Notes under the pieces: generated by a model
What the model saw: the letters and a program-made list of their open reading frames with translations, nothing else
Told to the model about the DNA's origin: nothing
The model's database searches: none
Translations under genes and position numbers: made by a program
Virus record (IMG/VR): IMGVR_UViG_2706795442_000001
Length of the DNA stretch: 64,000 nt
Source of the DNA: a virus
Lineage: Duplodnaviria > Heunggongvirae > Uroviricota > Caudoviricetes
Strand: one strand, 5' to 3'
Part shown: piece by piece, positions 39,715-48,467 of the stretch
Layout: each line of letters begins with the position of its first letter
How positions within the stretch are numbered: position 1 is the first letter of the stretch

Positions 39715-40503
39715 TTATTCTTTAATTAATTTTAAATCATCCTCTGCATGGAACCACATTGTCGAAAATATTCCTGTTTCATCAAATCCAGCTAAATTTA
39801 CATCTCCATCTGAATCATATCCTAAAACAATCCCATAATTTCCCTCTTTGACTCCACCACTATAAATACTGTCTAATACTTCTACAATATTTCCTCTTTC
39901 AAATTTCGTTTGATTTTCTTCTGTTTCTTCGAGTTTTGGAATCAATTTGACATTTTTTAATTGTTCTTCAAAATCATTAGTTTTCATAACAACGGGAAGT
40001 ATACTTTCTTTACTATCAATACGTACTAACCCTTCATTAATTTTGTTAGTTATTTCAACATGTTCATTTTGGACAAAGTCGCCAAATTGGTCTTCTATTT
40101 TGCCTTCAATAAAGTAAGTTCCGTCTTTTAAATCTTCAATTTTTAATTCAGTGTCGGATTCATCATCTTCATAAAACTCAATTTCATTAATTTTGTCAAC
40201 ATCATCAAAATAAACTAATACCATATTTCTAGTCTCTTCCTCAATGAATAAGTAGCTAATTTCATCAATACTTAGTCTTACAGCTCCAGAAACCTCATCA
40301 GAGTCATCTCTTAATGGTTTAATATAATAAATCTTATCATCTTCTAAGTTTAAAGGATTCTTTTCCTGTTCTACATTATCTTCTTTTTTATTTACAAGCT
40401 CATCTTGGTTGTCTTCTTTAATTTTTCGTAAAAAATCACATACTTCTTCAATAGTACCTTCTGTCGTAACTTCATTTCCATTAATAGTTGTTGTAATTTT
40501 CAT
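39715..40503 (-). CDS. acidic hypothetical protein
   Basis: Shares an N-terminal about 30-aa module (NGxExEGTIEE) with 40616..41194. Confidence 0.45.
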   Translation of the reverse strand: MKITTTINGNEVTTEGTIEEVCDFLRKIKEDNQDELVNKKEDNVEQEKNPLNLEDDKIYYIKPLRDDSDEVSGAVRLSIDEISYLFIEEETRNMVLVYFDDVDKINEIEFYEDDESDTELKIEDLKDGTYFIEGKIEDQFGDFVQNEHVEITNKINEGLVRIDSKESILPVVMKTNDFEEQLKNVKLIPKLEETEENQTKFERGNIVEVLDSIYSGGVKEGNYGIVLGYDSDGDVNLAGFDETGIFSTMWFHAEDDLKLIKE

Positions 40504-40537
40504 AATAATTATTCTCCTTTTTTATTAATCTAATATT

Positions 40538-40566
40538 ATTATATCGTATGACTAATGATTTGTCAA
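40538..40566 (-). promoter_or_regulatory. promoter TTGACA-17-TATAAT
   Basis: Minus strand reads TTGACA aatcattagtcatacga TATAAT. It lies immediately downstream of terminator hairpin 40586-40601. Confidence 0.55.
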
Positions 40567-40615
40567 GCGTTTTATAAAAATCAAAGGTGGAATTTTCCAC
40601 CAATGATTGATATAA

Positions 40616-41194
40616 TTATAATTCTTTAATATCTCCTTCTTCAACATAACAAAAACTAATTAAATAAGAATCGTTTTCATCGTCTTCATCAACAAACAAA
40701 TAAGATGTTTTGTCAATATTTTCTAGGATTAATTCTCTTTCAATTGATTCCCCTTTGTAGCTTGATAAGAAATATCTTTCTCCTTCATAAAGATTTAAAG
40801 GGTTGTCATCACTAATACTACCTACTACTTTTACAATATCTCTAACATCTTCTAATTCTGCGACAAATAGATTTTCTGCTGCATGTACTAAATACTCTCC
40901 GTCTACATTAATAACACAGCCTCTATCGCCTTTCTTAAAATTATTTTTATCGTCGAAAGCAAAGAAAAAGTGTGTTGGTATAATACTGTCAAAATCATCT
41001 AAAAATTCTACTACATCATGTTCTTTAATATTTTGTGTACTAGTATCACAGTTGTTATTAGTAGTTACATTGTCATAATCAGAAATGGTTAAAACATTTG
41101 ATTCTTTTAAATCTTTGTTATTCTCAATAAATTCTTTTATTTCTTCAATCGTTCCTTCTAATTCTACTCCATTATCTAAAATAAGTTTTGCCAT
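40616..41194 (-). CDS. acidic hypothetical protein (paralog of 39715..40503)
   Basis: Shares the N-terminal module with 39715..40503. Confidence 0.45.
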   Translation of the reverse strand: MAKLILDNGVELEGTIEEIKEFIENNKDLKESNVLTISDYDNVTTNNNCDTSTQNIKEHDVVEFLDDFDSIIPTHFFFAFDDKNNFKKGDRGCVINVDGEYLVHAAENLFVAELEDVRDIVKVVGSISDDNPLNLYEGERYFLSSYKGESIERELILENIDKTSYLFVDEDDENDSYLISFCYVEEGDIKEL

Positions 41195-41234
41195 AAATAA
41201 TCTCTCCTAATGATTTATTTTTTATTACATATAC

Positions 41235-41264
41235 AATATATCATATCAGTATACGTATTGTCAA
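41235..41264 (-). promoter_or_regulatory. promoter TTGACA-18-TATATT
   Basis: Minus strand reads TTGACA atacgtatactgatatga TATATT. Confidence 0.45.
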
Positions 41265-41274
41265 TAATATATAA

Positions 41275-41889
41275 TTAATTTCCTAATTTTTCTAATTCGT
41301 CTTTAACTTCTTCCCAAGACATAAACCCTTTTCCATTTGTCAATTCTAGTATAACGCCATATAAAAATTGATTAAATGAAACTTCTGTTCTATAAGGGTC
41401 ACTATAAACATGACCATTACCTTCTCGAATATCAGAAGAATAGATAAGTACAGGTTTATCAATAATTTTTTGCTGTTCTTTAATTTCATCTTCTAATGTT
41501 TCAGCCACTTCTGTAATATTACCTTCCACATCACAATAATTAATATCTAAAATCTCTTTCAATCTATCAATTGTAATTTGTGCTTGCCTTTTCATACCAA
41601 GTAAAATGCTCAATTCTGAAATTGTTCCAGTAGCATGGTTCAGTATATCAAATGTAAAAATGTCACACTCTAGCATTGCATTATAATCGTTATTTAATAT
41701 TCTTTCAGCTAATCCTTCTTGTACAGCTTTAGATTTATCATTAATTGATTTATCATCACTAGGAGAATATGCTTCAATGCCGACAATCCCATTTAATTCG
41801 TCACGTTGTTTATTTCTGTATTCCACCATAGGTGTAGATAATAAGTCTCCACCTAAATAAACCTTTTTATCTTTGATTTCATTTACCAT
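41275..41889 (-). CDS. nucleoside 2-deoxyribosyltransferase-like protein
   Basis: N-terminus KVYLGGDLLS…R…EL fits the pattern of this family. Confidence 0.5.
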   Translation of the reverse strand: MVNEIKDKKVYLGGDLLSTPMVEYRNKQRDELNGIVGIEAYSPSDDKSINDKSKAVQEGLAERILNNDYNAMLECDIFTFDILNHATGTISELSILLGMKRQAQITIDRLKEILDINYCDVEGNITEVAETLEDEIKEQQKIIDKPVLIYSSDIREGNGHVYSDPYRTEVSFNQFLYGVILELTNGKGFMSWEEVKDELEKLGN

Positions 41890-41902
41890 ATTTTATTCTC
41901 CT

Positions 41903-42163
41903 TTATAAATATTTTCTTGCATAGTCTGAATACTCGTTTGCTTCTTTTACTCTAGGATATTTTACAATACTAAAAGCAATAATACCTATAGCTACGATAG
42001 GACTAATGAATAACAATCCTATTGTACCTACTGTTATTTGTAAGAAGAAGCCTACACTCTCAATTACATACCAACCAACAATTAAAGATAATGTTAATCC
42101 AACAATCCATAATAACTTACTCCAAAAATTGCCTTTTTGAAAACTGTATGATAGTTTTTTCAT
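41903..42163 (-). CDS. small membrane protein (two TM)
   Basis: Hydrophobic. Confidence 0.4.
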   Translation of the reverse strand: MKKLSYSFQKGNFWSKLLWIVGLTLSLIVGWYVIESVGFFLQITVGTIGLLFISPIVAIGIIAFSIVKYPRVKEANEYSDYARKYL

Positions 42164-42175
42164 AATTTTATTCTC

Positions 42176-42541
42176 CTATTCAAGTCCATATTGTAGTCTC
42201 TTTTGTGCCATTTTAAAATATTCATCTGATAATTCATAACCAATAAAATCACGATTTAATTTTTGGCAAGCCACTCCAGTAGTACCACTACCCATAAATG
42301 GGTCAAGAATAGTATCGCCTTCATTTGTAAGTCTCTCTAATAACCATTCCATAGCATATAAAGTTTTCTGTGTTGGGTGTCCTTTATCAACCTTTTGCGA
42401 TTTAGGTGTAACAGTTGTTTCAATTAAAGGTCTTTCATATTTTTCATCTAATCTATTGAAAGTCCATTTAGCACCTTTTTTAACAAAATATAATGCAAAT
42501 TCTGTATCAAAAATAAAACGTCTATCTCGATTACGTGGCAT
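42176..42541 (-). pseudogene. DNA methyltransferase, C-terminal part (N6_N4_Mtase-type)
   Basis: Motifs HPTQKTL…ILDPFMGSGTTGVA…RDFIGYELSDEYFKMAQKRL are present. There is no RBS before its ATG. It overlaps the N-terminal ORF by 94 nt in the -1 frame. Confidence 0.6.
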
Positions 42542-42843
42542 AGGAGTGGATTTGTAATAATATTGTCATAAGTTCTAAAACCTTCTTTTAAAAAGTCTTT
42601 GTTATCTTCCCCATAACCTCTGTTTATTAAATCATTGGAGTGTACTTCAAACCCTTTTTTCTTTAATACTTCTGATATATGTCCTTCTCCACAACATGGT
42701 TCTAATACATTCCCCTTAAATTCCTCTACTTCTAATAATTTTAAAGTGCTCTCTGGTGGAGTAGCATAATAATCATTCTCTACCCTATCTCTTGTAGTTG
42801 ATGTTCCTGATAAAGATGTTCCTGTTAAATATTTTTCACTCAT
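42448..42843 (-). pseudogene. DNA adenine/cytosine methyltransferase, N-terminal part (frame-disrupted; overlaps the C-terminal part)
   Basis: RBS AAGGAGAG is present. Motifs YYATPPE and VLEPCCGEG (AdoMet-binding) are present. DNIITNPLL sits where NPPY/DPPY is expected. Confidence 0.55.
42475..42481 (-). promoter_or_regulatory. A_AAA_AAG slippery heptamer in the methyltransferase ORF overlap
   Basis: In the upstream frame the codons read TTA AAA AAG. A -1 slip enters the downstream frame (AAA AAA GGT). The sequence is identical to the dnaX-type site. Confidence 0.4.
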
Positions 42844-42857
42844 AAGTTTACTCTCCT

Positions 42858-42956
42858 TTATATTCTTTTAATCTTTCTACTCTTTTTATATTTGTCATCT
42901 TGTGTCTTAGTGCTTGTATATATTTGTTTGACTTCTTCCTTTGTTAGTTTATTCAT
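42858..42956 (-). CDS. small basic ORF (32 aa)
   Basis: RBS AGGGAGG lies before ATG 42956. Its stop overlaps the methyltransferase RBS. Confidence 0.3.
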   Translation of the reverse strand: MNKLTKEEVKQIYTSTKTQDDKYKKSRKIKRI

Positions 42957-42978
42957 AAAAAGCCTCCCTGTATGATAT

Positions 42979-43007
42979 ATTGTATAACAGGGAGATATAA
43001 ATGTCAA
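42979..43007 (-). promoter_or_regulatory. promoter TTGACA-17-TACAAT
   Basis: Minus strand reads TTGACA tttatatctccctgtta TACAAT. Confidence 0.5.
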
Positions 43008-43027
43008 TATACTTTTTTTAATATTTT

Positions 43028-43783
43028 TTATTTCCAATTAAAATTGTCTGCAAACTGTGCTATTTTACTTCTAAAGTTGGTTGTAAAGTGGTGGTATGCT
43101 GCACCTTGATAGTCTTCTGATTTAAAATAATTTACATAAGGCTCGAATCCCGATTTACTATTTTGTTTTAAATCAATTTGTCTATAGTTACCTTCAACAA
43201 CACATTTAGAATTAGAATGTAATCTTGTCAACACTTTCTTTAATTCAGAACGTTTAAAATTCTGCGCTTCATTTATAACTACTGTAACGTTTTTTAAATT
43301 TCCACCACGTAAAAATAAATGAGATATTTGAGACACCCAGCAATCTAACAATTTATTTTCTTCATGGTTTTCGTCCATTAACAACATTTCCGTTATGACT
43401 TGCTCTGGAACCATATTTAATTCTGTGATAGCATCGTGCAATCCCATAAAATATGCCATTTCTTTTTCTGTTTGATTTCCTGGTCTGCTACCTAAATCTT
43501 CTGAAACTGGTGCAATAATAAACACTAATTTCTTACCTTTGTTTAACCAATCTGCATAAGCACATGCAACACTGCACATGGTCTTCCCTGTACCTGCTGG
43601 ACTTTCGTTAAACAAAATCTCTATATCATCATTAAAAAAGTCTTCACAAAATTGTAATTGTTCTTGTGTAGCCTTATTTAAAAAATCATCAAATACTGTA
43701 TGTTCTAGCATGTTGTATTGTACTAACGGAAAATTTTGTAATTTATATTTTAACTCTTTATCCATTTTTGCCAAAGTTATCAT
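43028..43783 (-). CDS. PhoH-like ATPase
   Basis: Walker A SPAGTGKT is present. The PhoH motif INEAQNF…TRLHSNSKCVVEGN is present. Confidence 0.75.
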   Translation of the reverse strand: MITLAKMDKELKYKLQNFPLVQYNMLEHTVFDDFLNKATQEQLQFCEDFFNDDIEILFNESPAGTGKTMCSVACAYADWLNKGKKLVFIIAPVSEDLGSRPGNQTEKEMAYFMGLHDAITELNMVPEQVITEMLLMDENHEENKLLDCWVSQISHLFLRGGNLKNVTVVINEAQNFKRSELKKVLTRLHSNSKCVVEGNYRQIDLKQNSKSGFEPYVNYFKSEDYQGAAYHHFTTNFRSKIAQFADNFNWK

Positions 43784-44316
43784 CCTTTATATATGTTCTC
43801 ATAATAGTATACATTGAGAGCAATAGCATCTGCTACGTCATCAAGTAACTTACCTCTTTCTGTGTATATTTCTGGCATATCACTTGAAAAATAAGCTTTT
43901 AAAAATTCTGCTACTATTTCTTTTTTATTGAATTGTTTTAACTCTTCTTTTGTATAAAAACATTTATTAATTAAATATTTTTTACAATATGCTTTTAATG
44001 TTGCATTATGAATATCTTGTATATCAATATTTTTCTGATAAAGAATATATTCAAGAATAGCATGAGCATATAGAACATTTTTGGCAGTCGAAGATTTTCC
44101 TATAATACTACCCTCTTTACATATAATATCTGGTTTATACTCATCTATAATTGATAATATATCATTTATATGTTTTTCAATCCTCTCAATAGGTTCACAC
44201 TTCTTATCTGAGACTAATAATCTAGACAATAAAATCTGTATTTTACCATCTTTAATTTCTGCTACGCATGTACCTGACTTAGCATACGAGTAATCCAGCG
44301 ACGCAATAATTATAAT
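43780..44316 (-). CDS. RuvC-like Holliday junction resolvase; probable non-ATG (ATT/ATA) start
   Basis: The RuvC N-terminus IIIASLDYSYAKSGTCVAEIKDG (catalytic Asp) is encoded upstream of the first TTG/ATG. DDVADAIALNVYY is at the C-terminus. RBS GAAAGGGGAG lies at 44322-44331. No ATG/GTG/TTG occurs between the upstream stop (44344-46) and the catalytic Asp. Confidence 0.55.
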   Translation of the reverse strand: MIIIASLDYSYAKSGTCVAEIKDGKIQILLSRLLVSDKKCEPIERIEKHINDILSIIDEYKPDIICKEGSIIGKSSTAKNVLYAHAILEYILYQKNIDIQDIHNATLKAYCKKYLINKCFYTKEELKQFNKKEIVAEFLKAYFSSDMPEIYTERGKLLDDVADAIALNVYYYENIYKG

Positions 44317-44330
44317 AGACTCTCCCCTTT

Positions 44331-44570
44331 CTATAAATTCTCGTTATTTTTTATTTCTTCAAGCACTGAGTTTAATATAATTCTAATATAGTTTCTCACT
44401 ATAATTATAGTATAAACAATTAATGTAACCAACCAAATATTAATATCTACTTTAAATAATAAATTTATCAACCACATAATACCAAAAATAATAAAGAAAA
44501 ACGCAATTTCTAAAATTGTTAAAAATACATACCCAAGCAATTTAAGCATTTTAAATTTTGTATCTTCCAA
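44331..44570 (-). CDS. small membrane protein
   Basis: Two TM segments. Confidence 0.4.
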   Translation of the reverse strand: MEDTKFKMLKLLGYVFLTILEIAFFFIIFGIMWLINLLFKVDINIWLVTLIVYTIIIVRNYIRIILNSVLEEIKNNENL

Positions 44571-44596
44571 TGTAATAGCTCCTTTTTAAAATTTTA

Positions 44597-44620
44597 AAGG
44601 GGAAAATATCCCCCTTATTT
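44597..44620 (-). terminator. intrinsic terminator
   Basis: Stem AAGGGGaaaatatCCCCCTT with flanking T/A tracts. Confidence 0.5.
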
Positions 44621-45728
44621 AAACTTTGATTGCATATTCATCTTTTTGTACAGCTGGCTCCATAATAATATATTCAATTTTTACGTCGTTGTTTATTGTT
44701 TCCCAATCAGAAATTAAATCCTTTTTTACCTGAACTTCTGATAATCTATGTTCTGGATTTCTAATAATCAATCCGTTATTTAATTCTTCTAGTTTTGTAT
44801 AATCCAATTCTAAAGAATCTACTTCTAAATCGTAAAATTCTTTTCCAACTTTATCTGGTTTGGCACTAAAAGTAGCATCAAAAACTTCTTTTTCATCAAG
44901 CAAGTTTAAGTATACTTTATCAGTATATACCCTATTGTCTCCTTTGACCTTAGCTGTTAAAGTGTACGACTGTCCATCATCAGTATTTATAATGTTTAAG
45001 TCTTGTAGAGCATCTTTTAGAGCTGTGCCTGTATTTAACTCAAAAGCAATCGCTCTTAAATAATCATAGTTTAATTTCATACGTTTTGATAATAGTACAG
45101 CTTTATCAATTTGTTCTTCATATTTATTATCAACTTTATCCTCTAAATATTCTCTAACTTCTTGAGGAGTTGGATATGAAAAACGAAAATGATAATGAAA
45201 TCTTCCTGGTCTGTTAATCATAAATTCACTAAGTTTATAAATATGATTAATTGTAATTGCATATAGTTTTTTCTTAGTTGAATAACCATCAAATAAACTT
45301 AATAATTTGTTTTGTTCACTAAACACCTTCTCAAACTCATCGAATAACACTAGGCATTCTTGGTCAATACTATCTAAAAAATCTGATAAATTCGGAGTTT
45401 CTTTATTCACAATTAAAACAGGATAACCTTCTTTAAGTGCTCTTTGTGCTAACAGTTTAGTAAATAATGATTTCCCAATACCTTTATCTCCAGACAAGAT
45501 AATCCCCATAGAACGCTCAAATAGTTTATAAGATTCCATGATTTTATCAAGTTTATCTGTATTTTTACCATAAATTTTTTCAGTAATATCAAAATTGTCT
45601 ACCTTAACTAGTGAATAACCACTCATTGGGTCAAAGTTTACTTTATAAGTTTGTAACGGTAATTCTTTATGGGTTTTAATTTCATCTGCAAAAATTTCAA
45701 ATTGTTTTCCATGTTCAATAATATTCAT
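44619..45728 (-). CDS. AAA+ ATPase
   Basis: Walker A GDKGIGKS, Walker B LVLFDEFE and an Arg-finger-like NRPGRFH are present. Confidence 0.65.
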   Translation of the reverse strand: MNIIEHGKQFEIFADEIKTHKELPLQTYKVNFDPMSGYSLVKVDNFDITEKIYGKNTDKLDKIMESYKLFERSMGIILSGDKGIGKSLFTKLLAQRALKEGYPVLIVNKETPNLSDFLDSIDQECLVLFDEFEKVFSEQNKLLSLFDGYSTKKKLYAITINHIYKLSEFMINRPGRFHYHFRFSYPTPQEVREYLEDKVDNKYEEQIDKAVLLSKRMKLNYDYLRAIAFELNTGTALKDALQDLNIINTDDGQSYTLTAKVKGDNRVYTDKVYLNLLDEKEVFDATFSAKPDKVGKEFYDLEVDSLELDYTKLEELNNGLIIRNPEHRLSEVQVKKDLISDWETINNDVKIEYIIMEPAVQKDEYAIKV

Positions 45729-45776
45729 AATATTTATTTTCTCCTTTTTTTGATTAATATTTTCTACTACATATAC

Positions 45777-45806
45777 ATAATATCATATATTATTCAGCGT
45801 TGTCAA
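45777..45806 (-). promoter_or_regulatory. promoter TTGACA-18-TATTAT
   Basis: Minus strand reads TTGACA acgctgaataatatatga TATTAT. Confidence 0.45.
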
Positions 45807-45812
45807 TACACT

Positions 45813-46241
45813 CTATGATACTGTTCTGAAAAATATATCATTATTATTTAATGTGTAAAGTATTGTAGTATTTTTTACACTTGTGCACATTTTTATATCT
45901 TTACGGTGTGTATAGTATGAAAATTCCAAATCCTTATATTTTGCCTTACCATATCTATGCAAAGATGTTGATTCTATATTGTCAATATTTATAAACAAAC
46001 CATTAATATTAATATAACCTTTTGTTTTAGACTTTTCAAATTCTTCTTGATATTTATCAAAATATATAAATTCAGTTCTACCAGAAACCATATTAATCTC
46101 TATTTTTTTATTATCTTCTATAAAATTTACATTTTCGAATTTTATTTGTTCAGGATATTTTCGTTTCGTTTTATATACAGATATTTCCATGATTAAAGAA
46201 GCAACAAAACACAATATTACCAATGCTAATAATATACCCAT
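45813..46241 (-). CDS. membrane-anchored hypothetical protein
   Basis: N-terminal TM segment. Confidence 0.4.
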   Translation of the reverse strand: MGILLALVILCFVASLIMEISVYKTKRKYPEQIKFENVNFIEDNKKIEINMVSGRTEFIYFDKYQEEFEKSKTKGYININGLFINIDNIESTSLHRYGKAKYKDLEFSYYTHRKDIKMCTSVKNTTILYTLNNNDIFFRTVS

Positions 46242-47980
46242 TAAAAATCAATCCCCCATTTATTAGAAATAGTTGTGTCATCTTCGTTTTCTAAGGACTC
46301 ATAATCTTTAATTACAATTTGAGATTGTTGCTTATTCCCAAAGTAGTTTATGCGTGGTTCTCCCACAATATTCATTGTGATTTTATTATTGTATATATGA
46401 CTATCAATAACGTTTTTAATATCTTCTGGTGCATTAAATAAAACAAATGTTACATTATTATCAAAGAAAGATAATACAGAGCCCCTTACATTAATACAAG
46501 CCTTGTTAAATGTAATTTCTTCATAACCAAATAAAGGATAAGCAACGTCTCCACCTAGTACGTCTTTTTCTAATTCTACTCTGATAATATCTTGTTCATT
46601 AGGCTTATGAGTTAATACATCAACCTCATATACGTTAGATGTTTTAAACTTATATTCTTCTATATATTCATAGAGACTATCTAAATATCCTTTTGGAATA
46701 CTAAAACCAGCTGCTTGACTATGACCTTGTACAAAATAAAACAGTTCACTTTTTGTTAGAATAGATTTAAAGTCAATATTTTGTGCTCTTATAGAACCAG
46801 AAAAATAATCATTTTTAAACTTACCAACCATTACTGGTTTTCTATGTTTGTCTGCTAATTTCATAGCAACCAAACCATTAATAGATGATGGGGAATTGTC
46901 GTCAGATACAGCTACAATAATCTTTTCATTATATAAAAACTCAATATTCTTAATAGCGTCTTTAACAATTTTATCTTGTTTAGTTTTAATACTTTCACAT
47001 TGTTTTGCTACAATTTCTGGCAATGTCATTTCTGTAGGAATCTTATCAAATTTACCAGTTTTTTTGTTTTTCTTTCTAATCTCAATTGTTTCAGTTTCTT
47101 CTGAATCTGTAATCATAGCCTCAAACAATCTTTGTTTTTCTTCTAATGTTCCAATACGAGTAACAGCGTTAATCATTGATATAATACTAAAAGACCAATC
47201 TCTTGTTGTTGGATTATCAATGCCTTTACGTTCCATTACTGCTTTAATAAATGGATTGTTTATGTTTCTTACCCCTGTGTATGTTAAGTATCTTATTTCT
47301 GGGTCAGCAATATTACTAACATCTCCAGTTTGTCCTAGAGTAACTAAGTCTAAATATTTATCAACTAAATCTTTGGAGTATATTTTATTATTAAAATTAA
47401 AACAGTACAGTGCATATTTACAGAATAAATAAACCATACCTACACCAGTAAAATTTTTATTAATATCAGAAATAATTTGGTTGTTAAAAACATTTTTGTG
47501 AACACTTTTAACATTGATTTCGTGGTGGTCTAATACTAATGTTTCAATATTATATGAATTAAGCTCTTCTAATTGTTTTGTGTCGTTTGAAGCGGCGTCT
47601 GGTATTATTACTAATGTAGAATCATTGCTCATATTCTTTAATTCTGTCATTACTTCGGTGGTTAAGCCATGTGTTTTACCATCTGGAATAATATAAGTAA
47701 TATTATCGTATTCTAAATCATTTTTAATAAATCTATATAACAACGCTGAAGCTGAAAAACCATCCATATCTTGGTCAATTAAAATTATAATATTTTTGTT
47801 TTCTTCTAAAGCATTGTGTAATATATTTGTTGATTGAGAAAATTCTTCTGGAATATCTTTCATAATAGTCAACATTCTTTTGTCTGGGTTTTTATGATAT
47901 TCTAAATCACTAACTCCACCTCTAAGCAAAATATCATCTATTAAATCTCCAGTAATACTTTCCTTTAATTCAAACTCCAT
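46241..47980 (-). CDS. DHH-family phosphoesterase (RecJ-like)
   Basis: Motifs IILIDQDMDGFSASAL and LVLDHHE are present. Confidence 0.6.
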   Translation of the reverse strand: MEFELKESITGDLIDDILLRGGVSDLEYHKNPDKRMLTIMKDIPEEFSQSTNILHNALEENKNIIILIDQDMDGFSASALLYRFIKNDLEYDNITYIIPDGKTHGLTTEVMTELKNMSNDSTLVIIPDAASNDTKQLEELNSYNIETLVLDHHEINVKSVHKNVFNNQIISDINKNFTGVGMVYLFCKYALYCFNFNNKIYSKDLVDKYLDLVTLGQTGDVSNIADPEIRYLTYTGVRNINNPFIKAVMERKGIDNPTTRDWSFSIISMINAVTRIGTLEEKQRLFEAMITDSEETETIEIRKKNKKTGKFDKIPTEMTLPEIVAKQCESIKTKQDKIVKDAIKNIEFLYNEKIIVAVSDDNSPSSINGLVAMKLADKHRKPVMVGKFKNDYFSGSIRAQNIDFKSILTKSELFYFVQGHSQAAGFSIPKGYLDSLYEYIEEYKFKTSNVYEVDVLTHKPNEQDIIRVELEKDVLGGDVAYPLFGYEEITFNKACINVRGSVLSFFDNNVTFVLFNAPEDIKNVIDSHIYNNKITMNIVGEPRINYFGNKQQSQIVIKDYESLENEDDTTISNKWGIDF

Positions 47981-47991
47981 ACAACCTCTCC

Positions 47992-48453
47992 TTATCTTAT
48001 ATTATTGTTTTCCCATAAATCCATAGCTCTATTCACTTCAAAATCAGCTATTTCATTTAATTTATTACCGTCATGTCCTTTAACTTTGACATATTTAACG
48101 TTCAGTTCTTTGTCTAATTCAATTAATTCCTGCCACAATTCTTTATTTTTAACTGGGTCTCCTTTTAAGTTTGTCCATTTGTTTAATATCCATTTATCAT
48201 ACCATTTTTGGTTCATTCCATTCACACAGTATGCGCTATCTGAAAATATTTCAACTTTCACTTCTATTTCTAAGTAATTGTTTTTACAAAATTTCAAAGC
48301 CTCTATAATTGCTTTCAATTCCATTCTTTGATTTGTTGTGTTAATTTCTGTGTCAAAACTTATTTGTATTGTATCATTATTAACAACAAACGCCCAAGCT
48401 CCAACTTTCGTTGAAGACCTGTAACCACCGTCTGTAAAAATTTTCATAACCAT
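47992..48453 (-). CDS. ribonuclease H
   Basis: RNase HI-like N-terminus IFTDGGYRSSTKVGAWAFVV. Motifs SDSAYCVNG … KWTN … KGHDGNKLNEIAD are present. Confidence 0.7.
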   Translation of the reverse strand: MVMKIFTDGGYRSSTKVGAWAFVVNNDTIQISFDTEINTTNQRMELKAIIEALKFCKNNYLEIEVKVEIFSDSAYCVNGMNQKWYDKWILNKWTNLKGDPVKNKELWQELIELDKELNVKYVKVKGHDGNKLNEIADFEVNRAMDLWENNNIR

Positions 48454-48467
48454 ATATAATTTCTCCT

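Noticed and set aside
42448-42843. A single-nucleotide deletion in CCACTCC that would restore a perfect NPPY motif in the MTase N-terminal ORF
   Set aside because: Removing that T gives N-P-P-Y but runs into a stop three codons later. It therefore cannot by itself restore a functional frame. It is noted as coincidence or an ancient lesion.
44331-44346. A -1 frameshift from the upstream 79-aa gene into the RuvC frame as an alternative to non-ATG initiation
   Set aside because: The end of the upstream gene (GAG AAT TTA TAG) does not form an X_XXY_YYZ slippery heptamer. A strong dedicated RBS precedes the ATT/ATA codons, so direct initiation is simpler.
46848-47696. Plus-strand ORFs 46848-47432 and 47514-47696 opposite the DHH gene
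   Set aside because: They are antisense artefacts with hydrophobic, low-complexity translations.
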